This document shows positions 1 to 12,400 of a stretch of 64,000 bases of DNA, in pieces. A program made the position numbers and the translations under genes. The DNA comes from Podarcis muralis (Eukaryota), in contig NC_135662.1 of assembly GCF_964188315.1 (NCBI RefSeq), forward strand, positions 7,688,001-7,752,000. The letters run 5' to 3'. The stretch's first letter is position 1. Each line of letters opens with the position of its first letter. The notes beneath the pieces are model-generated. The model was not told where the DNA came from and searched no databases. It saw nothing but the letters and a program-made list of their open reading frames with translations.

Positions 1-774
1 AGAAGCAAACATAATTGATAGATAAACAAATGAACAGATACCCCTGGTGGTGGTGATTCAGAAAATTTATAATACTCTCCCCTCCAAATTCCCCAGTCAT
101 TTTGCTAGTGCAAGGAAACTGAGCATTAGCATTTGGGCTGTTACTTTAGGTGCAATTGAGAGCTGGTGGCATCACACCTTCGTGGCTTTCAGCTTGGCCC
201 TACTCCAGGCACCTGTTTACGTCTACATCCCCTTCCTCCACAGTAGCCTCACACACAATATGCTGGGAAGACTTCGCAGTCCTCCTTGCCTACCAGATTC
301 TCCTCTGGGGTGATGGGGAAATTTCCAAGAACTGGCAAGCAACCCAAGTAAATAGTGTGGAGAATTCTGATGATGGGGTAGGGATGTAACTAATCTTCAC
401 TTGTAAGGACCAAGAATAAGGAAAGTGCTCTACTGGCATTCTGAGAGTTGACTCAATGAGTGTCTTATAGAAAAGGGAGAAACGAACTCTTCAGGGGGAT
501 AACTATTGTTCTGTAGCTTCACACTAAGGATTTAGTCACTCACAGAACAGAGGAAGGAATTCAAGAATTAAAGAGAGTGTATATGTTTATATATTAAGCG
601 GAATCCCCTCATTGTATGTGCTTCCAGGAACATGGATATCTGCTCCCTTCGTATTGCTTTAATAAGACCAACTTTCCCAAGAATTCCCTGATCAATCAGA
701 GGTGAATTGCCTGCACTGGACTTGGATCACTTGAAATTACCCAGTCTATTCTGTGTACTTGTTAAAATACATTA

Positions 775-1010
775 CAGTACAGATTAAGTACTTAATTTGT
801 TCCCGAGGTCCATTCTTAACCTGAAACTGTTCTTAACCTGAAACACCACTTTAGCTAATGGGGCCCCCTGCTGCTGCCGCCCCACTGGCGCACGATTTCT
901 GTTCTCATCCTGAAGCAAAGTTCTGAACCCAAGGTACTATTTTTGGGTTAGCGGAGTCTGTACCCTAAAGAATATGTAACCAGAAGCGTAAGTAACCCAA
1001 GGTACCACTG
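775..1010. mobile_element. Tigger/pogo-like (Tc1/mariner) MITE, site 1
   Basis: Right TIR aacccaaggtaccactg, TA on both sides. Empty sites (atacatTAatctc) in paralogous units at ~14744 and ~25746. Confidence 0.85.
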
Positions 1011-2151
1011 TAATCTCATTGTGTCTGGATATCATGTTTGTTCTCTCCCTTGGCAAAACCTCAGGAAGTCACCTTCCTGAGTCTGAGTTAGACTATTGGT
1101 CTATCAAGATCAGGACTTGTCAAACAGACTCTCAGTGCCACTCTGTAGTATTTTTAAAAGTGGTCTTTTCAACCCTACCTGGAGGTGCCGGGAATCAACC
1201 TTCTGCAAGCACCACAGCTTGCATCCTGTGAATGTTTCACCCAACCTTCTGACTAACCGCAGATCAGCAGTCTTCAGAGATGGTGAGTGCAAGAGAACAA
1301 GGACACAACAACTATGACTGGAATGGCAGGTCCATGCACTTAAGAGAAAAAATATGGTCCCACTCATGCCCCAGGGGAAAATGATAAATCTTACCAGTTT
1401 CACTCAAAGGTGCAAAACGGTCCGTCCTGTTCTTCATCTGGGTTTAATTTGATTCTTTGCCTCATAGGGCAAGAAGATGCTCTTTAATTGGATATGAGAT
1501 AATTATCAGTTCACCAAGGAGGAGGAGACTATTGTCATATATCTCCCAAAAGGCTACTGTCATGAAGACTAGGTTTGTAATTGGTTCTGGACGAAGCAGC
1601 TCATGTCTCACATACTTCTTTATCTGTACCAGACAAATGGAATAAATCAAGACCTCATCTCCAGATTTCTAATCAAGGCTGTCTAAGCAAGATAACAACT
1701 TCCTGGCCTTTTAACGGCCAAAAGCATTTGTCCCTATGTGCCTTTTATTGGTTGGGGGAGTTGACTATTGGTGGGGAGACATGACTACCTAGGGTGGGAT
1801 AGAAGGTTGCTTTTGAGTAGGCCAACTAGGTGGAGGGGGGCAAGGAGTCAGAGCCATTTGCTGTGACCCATGGAAGGGCCCTGATCCACCAGGTCATCTA
1901 TCATTAGCAGGCAATTCCATAGTAACCAATGTAATGTTTATTTCTTTTCACTTATTTCATAAAATTTCAATTAAAAAACACACACACCCCAAAGCAGCTT
2001 ACAAAAGAATGAACAGAAAAATCACGAAAAATCACAACCATACTTTAAAACATGCAAAAGTTAAAATACTGAAACAGATTTAATAGATGCTAAGCTATGA
2101 TATATTGTGTTTGCGGTAATATTATTTGAACTCCAATTATATTAATATCTA

Positions 2152-2360
2152 CAGTAGTACCTCGGGTTAAGAACTTAATTCATTCCGGACGGCCATTCTT
2201 AACCTGAAACTGTTCTTAACCTGACGTACCACTTTAGCTAATGCGATTTCTGTTCTCATCCTGAAGCAAAGTTCTTAACTGAGGTACTATTTCTGGGTTA
2301 CCGGAGTCTGTAACCTGAAGTGTCTGTAACCTGGAGCATCTTTAATCCAAGGTACCACTG
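2152..2360. mobile_element. Tigger-like MITE, site 2
   Basis: cagtagtacctcgggttaag ... ccaaggtaccactg. Same insertion at 16686-16903 and 24068-24301. Confidence 0.85.
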
Positions 2361-3140
2361 CATTTAACATATATATGAAGCCATTGGATGTGGTCATTAT
2401 GAGTTTTGGAGCAAGGTGTCAGCACTATGATGATGTTGACATATAGCTCTACTTTCCCATAACATATGAATTGGGAAGGACTCTGAAAACTTTGAACCAG
2501 CTTCTTGATGCAGTAGTGGTCTGGATGAGGGCTGATCAACTGTGTTTGAATTCGAGGACAATGAGGGCTCTTTGGGTGGGGAGGGGTTCCCCATGTTTTG
2601 GAAACTGGCAAGTTCCCTGTTCCGAGTGGAATCGTGATCCCCTTTGAAGGAGCCAGTGTGAAGTTTGGGGGTAGTTCTGGATTCATCTGTGCCATTGGAT
2701 GCTCAGATGTCCCCTGTCTCCTCCATTCAGAACACTGGATTGTATTTTGGTTAACTCTTGCACCAGGACATTCGCAAGTGATGAGATGTGAAAGCAGTGT
2801 TTGGATTTAAAATGTGTCAGGCTTATTTAACACTGTTAAAGTTCTGCAAATGGGTAACAGTTACTATATAAAGGAATTCCCAACAGCATGATCTCCTATA
2901 CATCTGAGGAATAATGTAGCTGTACCTATCACTTCAAAGTGTTGGTCAAGCTCCAGAGTAGTTTATTCCCTGCTCATAGTCATTCCTTGGAGGTACATTT
3001 ACAGTACAATCCAAACCCAAAGTCTGCCAGGATTAATGAGTTTAAAATTTCTTTCCATTCATTTTGTTTTCCCCCATTTTCAGACACAAAAACCCAAGCC
3101 CAAAATGTCTTACAAAAAAAGACAGAAACAGGGATACAGT

Positions 3141-3141
<1 letters not shown>

Positions 3142-3190
<49 letters not shown>

Positions 3191-3382
3191 AAAAAAGCAT
3201 TTGTCCTGCATGTGTCTTTTATTGGGTGGGGAAGGTGACTATTGGTGGGGAGACTTGATTGCCTACGGTAGAGTGGGTGGTTGCTCTTGAGTAGCCAAAT
3301 ATGTGGAGGGAGGCAATGTGACAGAGCCATTTGCTGTGACCCGTGGAAGGGAGCTGATCCATCCAGTCACCCATCTCTACTC

Positions 3383-3418
<36 letters not shown>

Positions 3419-3499
3419 ATTTATACCCCATCCACTCTGGGTGGCACCCAACAAAATACTACTACTACTACTACTACTACTAATAATAATAATAATAAT
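3142..3499. repeat. Microsatellite cluster (CA)n 3142-3187, (GAT)n 3386-3419, (CTA)n/(TAA)n 3456-3499
   Basis: Directly visible. The paralogous tracts at 17686-17707 and 17905-18005 are shorter. Confidence 0.95.
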
Positions 3500-3756
3500 A
3501 AAAATGTCAAGATATCAAACATTAAAAACTTCCCTGAACAGGGCTGCCTTCAGTTGTCTTCTAACAGTCAGATACTCGTATATTTCCTTGACACATGATC
3601 GGAGGGCATTCCACAGGGTAGGCGCCACTACAGAGAAGGCCCTCTGCCTGGTTCCCTGTAACCTCACTTCTGGCAGTGAGGGAATTGCTAGAAGGCCCTC
3701 GGAGTAGGGCCTCATTGTCTGGGCTGAACAATGGGGATGGAGATGATCTTTCAGGT
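3421..3756 (-). mobile_element. L2-clade LINE 3' fragment with microsatellite tail (paralogous copy 17925-18258)
   Basis: Translates to EGLLAIPSLPEVRLQGTRQRAFSVVAPTLWNAL...LKAALFREVFN, the same element as 30125-30699 and 50178-50622. Confidence 0.85.
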
Positions 3757-4608
3757 AATTAGCAGTGGTTAAAATACTGAAGCAGATCAAATATATGCTA
3801 AGCTTATTTACATGATATACTGTGCTTATGATAATATTATTTGAACTCCAGTTAAGATTAATATCTATTTAATATCTATATGGAGCCATTGGATGCGGTC
3901 GTTAGGAGTTTTGGAGCAAGGTATTCACAGTGTGATATGATGTTAACACACAACTCTCCTTTTCCATAACATATGAATCAGGAAAGGCTATGAAAGCTTT
4001 GACCCAGTGTATTGATGCAGTAGTGGTCTAGATGAGGGTTGATCAACTGTGTTTGAATTCTAGGAAGATGGAGCTCTTTGGATGGGTGGTCCCCATGTTT
4101 TGGAAATTGGCAAGTTCCCTTTTCTGAGTGCAGTTGCACTCCCTTTGAAGGAGCGAGTGTAAAGTTTGGGGGTACTTTGGGTACATTTCTGTCACTAGAT
4201 GCTCAGATGTCCTCTGTGTCCTCCGTTCACAACTCTGGATCAAATTTTGGTTGACGCTTGTGCCAGGACAATTGCAAGTGATGAGATGTGAAAACAATGC
4301 TTGGACTTAAATTGATAAATGTTTATTTAACACAGCTACTGTAAAGGTCTGCAAATGGGTAACGGTTACTATATAAAGGAATTTCCAATGGTATGAGCTC
4401 CTATACATCTGAGGCATAATGTTGTTATACCTATCACTTCAAAGTTTGGGCAAGCTCCATTGACTCAAAGACACAGATGAGTTAATTCCCTGCCCGTAGT
4501 CATTTCTTGCAGGTTAATTAACAATGCAATCTAAACCCAAGATTTACCAAAATTACAGAGTCTAAAATTTCATTTCATTCATTTAATCCCCCCCCCCAAT
4601 ATTCCTAT

Positions 4609-4976
4609 GGTGGGACGCGGGTGGCGCTGTGGGTAAAACCTCAGCGCCTAGGACTTGCCGATCACATTGTCGGCGGTTCAGATCCCTGTGGCGGGGTGAG
4701 CTCCCGTCTTTAGGTCCCAGCTCCTGCCCACCTAGCAGTTCGAAAGCACCCCTAAGTGCAAGTAGATAAATAGGTACCGCTTTATAGCAGGAAGGTAAAC
4801 GGCGTTTCTGTGTGCTGCGCTGGTGGCGGCTCGCCAGAGCCGCTTCGTCACGCTGGCCACGTGACCCGGAAGTGTCTGTGGACAGCGCTGGCCCCCGGCC
4901 TCTTAAGTGAGATGGGCGCACAACCCTAGAGTCGGACACGACTGGCCCGTACGGGCAGAGGTACCTTTACCTTTTT
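4609..4976 (+). mobile_element. Sauria SINE, full length, 11-bp TSD
   Basis: gggacgcgggtggcgctgtggg head, central gcaagtagataaataggtacc, tail acctttacct. TSD aatattcctat at 4598-4608 and 4977-4987. Empty paralogous sites at ~11615 and ~19103. Confidence 0.92.
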
Positions 4977-5718
4977 AATATTCCTATATGAAAACCCATG
5001 CCCAAAGTGGCTTACAACATCAACAAAACAGGGATGCATTTCAAACGAACCAAAAACAATTTCATAATAACAAAACAACAACAACAACATAGTGATAATA
5101 TCATGATAACACGGGAAAACAAATATATAGTAACATAAAATAAACCACATGTCAATACTATAAGAAGGTCACCTAAACAGCATGTAGCCTCCAACATCAA
5201 AAATAACAAGGGAGCTTCCCAATAACTCTCTCATTCAAGGGTATTTGTTTTAGTACCTTGAGACTAAGGGTGGATGAGCAATCTTCAGATTTGTTGATCA
5301 CACGACAAGAGCAGCCTGCTGGGACGGCAGGTGTGTGTGGGGGGGATGTGATACCAGTTGTGTCCCAAAGAGGAATGTACAATTTTTCTATTCTCAGTCC
5401 AAGTTGTACAGATGATTCCACCTGATCTTTGTCTTGTCTATTTCAGCTTGTGTAATATAGGTGTACAGTGTGGAGCATTTTGAGCTATAGGGCATTATAT
5501 CTCCATAGCCAACATTTCAGGGGCCATATACCATGGTGGGGGGGGGGGGGGGACACAGAAGAAAAATTGGGAGTAGAAGAAACATGACTCCTGCCTTTGT
5601 AGAGTGGGATACATTTCAACTGCACAAACCTCAAAATTGTCAACAAAACCCCAGCCACTTTTTCTGGTGAGCAAGAGTCATCAATGCAGTCCAAGGACAT
5701 AATACAGCCAAAGAACTC

Positions 5719-6726
5719 TTATGAAAGGTTCCTAAGTGGGATCGAACAAGGAGGGTCCATTTCCTGTCTGTCATTCTCCTCCTCATTCAAAACCCGCTGG
5801 AGGATGACCAGTAGACCCTCCCTAGATTGACCTCCCTTCTTCCTCCCAACCAGAAAATAAAGCAAGGGGTTCACACTGCTGTTGAGGGAGGCACACAAAT
5901 AGGCATAATGGAATGGAATGGGAATATTCAGGTCTACAATGAATATATCGAGATAAATGGCATTGAGTGGAAAAGCAAGCATGAGGAAGAAGAGGAGTGT
6001 AAGTAAAATAACCGTTAAAAGCCTTCCCAGCATTCGTGGGTGTGATTTAAAACAGACTTTGATGAAAATAATCACAGCTGAAATCGTCATAAGTGGGAAG
6101 GAAAGCAGTCCAGTCAAGAGAAATTGAAAATTTGCTGTGAGGATATAATGATAGATGTTATCTGGTGTAAAGGGTAATGTTGTTGAGATAATGAAGAGGA
6201 CTATGGAGAGCAGACAGGAGAGGACCCATATGAGGGCACACAAAGTGGTGGGCAAATGGGTCGGCCGAACACACCGATGCCAAATAGGGAAGAGGACAGA
6301 CACACATCTGTCAATGCTGATGGCTGTCAGAAGAAGTTGGCCAGTGTTGTATGTGAAGGATAAGAGATGATTAGCAATTATATAAAGAACATAAGCAAAG
6401 TGAGTAAACCTAATAAAAACATGGAACTCTAGGCTCAGGAGCAATGCAAAGTCAGCAACAGCCAAATTAAGGATGTAGGTGGTGAACGGTTTCCTCCTAA
6501 TGCGGAAACCAAGAAGCCAGATCACAGTTCCATTCCCCAAAAATCCCACACAGCAGATAACTAAAATAAAGCCATATATTATAGATTCTTCATATTCTTC
6601 ATATTGGAAATTTCCTTGGTCATTAGATGAGCTATTATAAGTTTCATCATACTCATTATCTGTCACAGCAACCGCAGCAGATTGCAAAGTCCCATTGATA
6701 TTTATTTCCATGTTGAATGACTGCAT
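5719..6726 (-). CDS. MAS-related GPCR (MAS1/MRGPR family), tandem copy 1, intact, 335 aa, single coding exon
   Basis: Seven hydrophobic segments with MRGPR-type motifs GNGTVIWLLGF (TM1), FTTYILNLAVAD (TM2), LTAISIDRCVSVLFPIWHRC (TM3), LNSSVNPLLYFLVG (TM7). Splice acceptor ttttctatttcctag lies 39 nt upstream of the ATG. Exact orthologue cannot be assigned by eye. Confidence 0.96.
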   Translation of the reverse strand: MQSFNMEININGTLQSAAVAVTDNEYDETYNSSSNDQGNFQYEEYEESIIYGFILVICCVGFLGNGTVIWLLGFRIRRKPFTTYILNLAVADFALLLSLEFHVFIRFTHFAYVLYIIANHLLSFTYNTGQLLLTAISIDRCVSVLFPIWHRCVRPTHLPTTLCALIWVLSCLLSIVLFIISTTLPFTPDNIYHYILTANFQFLLTGLLSFPLMTISAVIIFIKVCFKSHPRMLGRLLTVILLTLLFFLMLAFPLNAIYLDIFIVDLNIPIPFHYAYLCASLNSSVNPLLYFLVGRKKGGQSREGLLVILQRVLNEEENDRQEMDPPCSIPLRNLS

Positions 6727-7212
6727 GTGGAAATGTTGTCTCCTCTTCTGGAGCAGAAGTTTCCTCTAGGAAATAGAAAATATCACAAAGATGTTTGACT
6801 CAGCTGGAATTCTGTGCAAAACCCAGAACTGTGAGACCCAGAAGCCCATTGAACAACATATAAACCTACAACATCTGTCTGTCAAGCAAAAAGTCATATA
6901 TGTGCAATTCTCTGTAATATAACTGAATCTCCCACATGGGCCACACCCCTCTGGATTTTTTTCTCATTGAGTTTTGATTGGTGCCAAGAGAAGAAGTCAG
7001 TACAGGATTCCCTGGCATTATTGTCTGGTATGTAATGTCTCTCCAAAATAGGGGTTCAGTCATATTTCTTTTGCTATGGCCAAGCTCATCATTCCTGCTT
7101 AGGAGTAGATATCAGTAAGCATGAAGGAGATGGACTGAGACAGAATGAGAAAGAAGCCACCTTGTTTAGGGAAAGATTGATATCAAGTTTTATTGCAGTG
7201 AATTTCACTTAC

Positions 7213-7297
7213 CTACTGCACATTCATCCAGGTGGGTGGGACTATCTTCCAATGCAATAAGAGCAGGCTAGGAATGAATGAGGGTGTGCAGGAGGTT
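7213..7297 (-). other. Predicted 85-nt non-coding 5'UTR exon of receptor copy 1 (intron 6766-7212)
   Basis: Minus strand: branch-like cctgac, then ctctctttcag acceptor at 7298, and donor cagtag|gtaagt at 7212. Conserved in copies 2 and 3. Confidence 0.7.
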
Positions 7298-8134
7298 CTG
7301 AAAGAGAGGTCAGGCAGTAATGTCACATTTTTTCTTATTACGTATAACTCTTTTTGTTGTTCAGTTCCTAGGATTCTCCCCAAAATAGAGCAAGCTTTCT
7401 GATATGTCTATATTGGCGCCCCCCTAACCAAGAAGGCTGTTTTTGACAGATGGGAAGCAAACATGTGGGGGAGGGGCAGCTGTTTACCCAAGTAGTAGTA
7501 GCACCTTTAAGAAGCAAACATATTTGATAGATAAACAAGTTAACAGATACCCCTGGTGGTGGTGATTCAGAAGATTTATAATACTCTCCCTTCCAAATGC
7601 CCCAGCCATTTTCCTAGTGCAAGGCAGCTGAGCATTAGCACTTGCGCTGTTGCTTTAGCTACAATTGAGAGCTGGTGGCATCACACCTTCCTGGCTTTCA
7701 GGCTGGCCTTAATCCAGGCAGCTGTTTACATCTACATCCCCTTCCTCCACAGTAGCCTCATACACAGCATGCTCGGAAGACTTAGCAGTCCTCCTTGCCT
7801 ACCAGGTTCTCTTCTTCTGTAGTCCTGAGGCTGATGGGGAAATTTCCAAGAGTTAGCAAAACACAAGTGGCTAATGTGCAGACCTCTGGTGATGGGGTAG
7901 GGATGTAACTTACCTTCACTTGTAAGGACCAAGAGTAAGGAAAGTGCTCTACTGGCATTCTGAGTGTTGACTCAAAGAGTGACTTTTAGAATGGGGAGAA
8001 ACAAACTCTTCAGTGTGATAACTATTCTTCTTTTGCTTCACGCTAAGGGTTTAGTCACTCACAGAACAGAGGAAGGAATTCAAGAATTAAAGAGAGTGTA
8101 TATGTTTATATATTAAGTGGAATCCCATCATTAT

Positions 8135-8198
8135 GTTAGCGGAGTCTGTAACCTAAAGAATATGTAACCTGAAGCGTATGTAACCCGAGGTACCACTG
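8135..8198. mobile_element. Right-hand remnant of the site-1 MITE in unit 2
   Basis: gttagcggagtctgtaacctaaagaatatgtaacc...gaggtaccactgTAatctc shares the junction and the taaagaatatg variant with 775-1010. The left part is lost in a deletion. Confidence 0.8.
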
Positions 8199-9329
8199 TA
8201 ATCTCATTGTGTCTGGATATCATGTTTGTACTCTCCCTTGGCAAAACCTCAGGAAGTCACCTTCCTGAGTCTGAGTTAGACTATTGTTCTATCAAGATCA
8301 GGACTTGTCAAACAGACTCTCAGTGCCACTCTGTAGCATTTTTAAAAGTGGTCTTTTCAACCCTACCTGGAGGTGCCGGGAATCAACCTTCTGCAAGCAC
8401 CACAGCCATGGCCTTTCCTGTGAATGTTTCACCCAACCTTCTGACTAACTGCAGATCAGCAGTCTTCAGAGATGGTGAGTGCAAGAGAACAAGGACACAA
8501 CAACTATGACTGGAATGGCAGGTCCATGCACTTAAGAGAAAAAATATGGCCCCACTCATACCCCAGGAGAAAATGTAAAATCATACCAGTCTCACTCAAA
8601 GGTGCAAAACGGTCCCTCCTGTTCTTCGTCTGGGTTTAATTTGATTCTTTGCCTCATAAGACAAGAGGATGCTCTTTAATGGGATATGAAGATAATTATC
8701 AGTTCTCCATGGAGGAGGAGACTATTGTCATATATGTCCCAGAAGGCTACAGTCATGAAGACTAGGTTTGTAATTGGTTCTGGAGGAAGCAGCTCATGTC
8801 TCACATACTTCTTTATCTGTACCAGACAAATGGAATAAATCAAGACCTCATCCCCAGATTTCTAATCAAGGCTGTCTAAGCAAGATAACAACTTCCTGGC
8901 CTTTTAACGGCCAAAAGCATTTGTCCCTATGTGCCTTTTATGGTGTGGGGGAATTGACTATTAGTGGGGAGACATGACTACATAGGGTGGGAGGGGAGAT
9001 TGCTCTTGAGCAGGCCAACTAGGTGGAGGGGGGCAAGGAATCAGAGTCATTTATTTATTTTCATTTATTTATTTTCATTTATTTCATAAAATATATATAC
9101 TGCTTGAATGTAAAAAAGAAAAAAAACAACAACAACCCAAAAGCAGCTTACAAAAGAATAAACAGAAAAATCAAGAAAAATCACAACCATACTTTAAAAC
9201 ATGCCAAAGTTAAAATACTGAAGCAGATCAAATATATGTTAAGCTTCTTTCCATGTTATATTGTACTTGCAGTATTATCATTTGAACTCCAATTAACTTT
9301 AATATCTATTTAATATCTACGGTATATGA

Positions 9330-10180
9330 AGCCATTGGATGTGGCCATTAGGAGTTTTGGAGCAAGGTATCAGCAGTGTGATGATGTTGACACATCTTTC
9401 CCTTTCTATAACATAGGAATTGGGAGAGGCTGTAAATGCTTTGAACCGGTATCTGGATGCAGTAGTGGTCTGGATGAGGGCTGAAATCTATTAAGATGCG
9501 GGCTCTTTGGGTGGGTGGTTCCCGTGTTTTGGAAATTGGCAAGTTCCCTGTTCTGAGTGGGGTTGCACTCTCTTTGAAGGAGCAAGTGTGAAGTTTGGCG
9601 GTACTTCTGGATACATCTCTGTCACTAGATGCTCAGGTGTCCTCTGTGACTAGGAGTGCCTTTTCCAGCTATGGCAATTCCTGGACAGGGATAGCCTGAC
9701 TACTGCAAGAGCATATATTGGTAACCTCATGGCTAGATTACTGTGATGTGCTTGATGTGGGGCTGCTCTTGGGTCTGGTTTGGAAGTTCCAGCAGATGCA
9801 GAATGCTGCTGCCAGATTGCTGATGGGAGCTTCTCGTTGAGAACATGTGATGCCATTATTAAAACAGCTGTTCTGGCTGCTCCTGAGCTGGGTTCAAGAT
9901 TCTTGCATTGATTTACCCAGCCCCGAACAACTTGGCTCTAGGATACCTCAGGGATCACCTGAACCCTTATATTCCAGCTTGAGGAATTAGGCCATTTGCA
10001 TAAGTATCTTTGGTCTTTCTCTCTGTTGTTGAGGTTCATTTGACAACAAAAATAATTGAAGCCTGGTCCTGTGGAACACCCTGCTGATAGAGATTTGGTA
10101 GCCACTTTCTGTGTCAACTTTTAAGTTCCTGCTGAAAACTTTTCTATTGTGCGAGGCCTATACGAGCAATTAGAGTACTG
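9330..10180 (+). mobile_element. Ancient, degraded L2-like ORF2 relic (paralogue ~26940-27790; shorter pieces at ~2376, 3880, 10985, 16920, 18383)
   Basis: Remnant translations DDVDTQLSFS, LDAVVVWMRADQLCLNS and QQMQNAAARLL resemble YADDTQLY, WMRANKLKLNP and QNAAARL of L2 reverse transcriptases. Confidence 0.7.
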
Positions 10181-11790
10181 TACTTCCTCCACAATTGTCT
10201 ACTGATATTTGTTGTTGTTGTTGAAAATACCCTTTAATATCCATACTGTCAGGAGGTCCTACACATGAGTAGGAGTCCGGCAGAGACACATGCCCGACTG
10301 GCATGTTCTCTCCCTCCTGGTCATTCGTTTGGGAGATTCAAAAGCTTTCTCCAGTGTGAACATCACAGCGATTGGTACCAAGAGGCATCAGCACACTTCA
10401 GGATCTGCAGCATAAAGGCCATCGGTGTTCAGACTTAGTAGCACAGCAATTTGGCTAAACTACTTTTAATCACATATATACACTCGGAGCATCGTAACTC
10501 AGCACCTTCCTCTTCAGCATCAGACTGCAAAGAAAGAGAACAAGGGACAAAAATCCTACATCATGGAAACGCAGTAATAAAAACATCCTGTCTCTGACAC
10601 TTACCACAATGTGGAATGAAAACATATACCTTCATGTGATAAAAACAATCCCATGACTGCAACACAGGGAGTGAATCCTAGCACATACTGCTATTGGCAT
10701 GTTCTATTATCTCTTTATTATTATTTTTAATATTGTTATTTTTAGTAGTTTTATTTTTCTTATGTGTATTATTAGTTGGAGTATTGTTCAGCTCAGATCT
10801 TTGTCTGGGCTGAACAATGGGGATGGAGATGCTCTTTGAGTTAATTAGCAGGCAATTTAATGGTTAAAATACTGAAGCAGATCAAATATATGCTAAGCTT
10901 CTTTACTTGATATATTGTGCTTATGATAATATTATTTGAACTCCAATTAACATTAATATTAATATTTTTTAATATCTATATGTAGCCATCGGATGCGGTC
11001 ATTAGCAGTTTTGGAGGAAGTTATCTGCTGTACGATATGATGTTAACACACAACTCTCCTTTTCCATAACATATGAATCGGGAAAGGCTATGAAAGCTTT
11101 GAACCAGTGTATAGATGGAGTAGTGGTCTGGATGAGGGTTGATCAACTGTGTTTGAATTCTAGGAAGATGGAGCTCTTTGGGTGGGTGGTCCTCATGTTT
11201 CGGAAATTGGCAAGTTCCCTTTTCTGAGTGTGGCTGCACTCCCTTTGAAGGAGCGAGTGTAAAGTTTTGCGCCAGGACATTTGCAAGTGATAAGACATGA
11301 AAACAATGCTTGAACTTAAAATGAGAAGTGTTTATTTAACACAACTACTGTAAAGGTCTGCAAATGGGTAACAGTTTCTATATAATGAAATTTCCAATGG
11401 CATGAGCTCCTATACATCTGAGGCATAATGTTCTTGTACCTATCACTTCAAAGTGTTGGGCAAGCTCCATTAACTCAGGGACCCAGATTAGTTAATTCCC
11501 TGCCCGTAGTCATTTCTTGCAGGTACATTAACAATGCAATCCAAACCCCAGATTTGCCGAAATTATGGAGTCTAAAATTTCATTTCATTCATTTTCAACC
11601 CCCCCCCCCCCGCATTCCCATACGGAACCCCATGCCCAAAGTGGCTTACAAGAACAAAACAGGGATGCATTTCAAACAAACCATACAAAAACAATTTCAT
11701 AATAACAAAACAACAACAACGTAGTGATAATATCATGATAACATGGGAAAACAAATATATAATAACATAAAATAAACCACATGTCAATAC

Positions 11791-11843
11791 TAGTATAGTA
11801 TAGTATAGTATAGTATAGTATAGTATAGTATAGTATAGTATAG
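11791..11843. repeat. (TAGTA)n pentanucleotide microsatellite unique to unit 2
   Basis: Directly visible. Units 1 and 3 have only caatactataa at this site. Confidence 0.95.
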
Positions 11844-12400
11844 CTGTCACCTAAACAGCATGTAGCCTCCAACATCAAAAATAACAAGGGAGTTTCCCAA
11901 TAACTCTCTCATTCAAGGGTATTTGTTTTAGTACCTTGAGAATATGGGGGGATAAGCAATCTTCAGATTTCTTGATCACAAGACAAGAGCAGCCTGCTGG
12001 GATGGCAGGTGCGAAAGACATATGGAAAAAATGTGGTACCAGTTGTGTCCCAAAGAAGTATGTACAATTTTTCTATGCTCAGTCCAAGTTGTACAGATGA
12101 TTCAAACCAATCTTTGTCTTCTCTATTTCAGCTTGTGCACTATAGGCACACAGTGTGGAGTATTTTAAGCTGTAGGGCTTTATATCTCCATGGCCAACAT
12201 TTCAGGGGCTGTATACCATGGGTGGGGGGGGGGGGGCACAGAAAAAAATTGGGAGAAGAAAAAACATGACTCCTGCCTTTGTAGAGTAGGATACATTTCA
12301 AATACACAAACCTCAAAATTTTCAACAAAACCCAAACTTCTTCTTCTGGTGAGCAAGAGTCATCAATGCAGTCCAAGGATATAAAACAGCCAAAGAACTC

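Noticed and set aside
47-313. Recurrent MVVIQKIY... ORF (also 7556, 14243, 25009) as a second gene family in the array
   Set aside because: Starts at GTG, lengths and stops differ between units, and no recognisable domain is present. Recurrence is explained by the segmental duplication.
3219-3707. Poly-His, poly-Asp, poly-Met and poly-Leu ORFs
   Set aside because: Translations of (GAT)n, (CTA)n and (TAA)n microsatellites at an L2 tail.
6155-6370. Antisense ORFs overlapping the receptors (also 12837, 20329, 29285)
   Set aside because: Shadow frames of hydrophobic TM codons. Starts and lengths are not conserved between copies.
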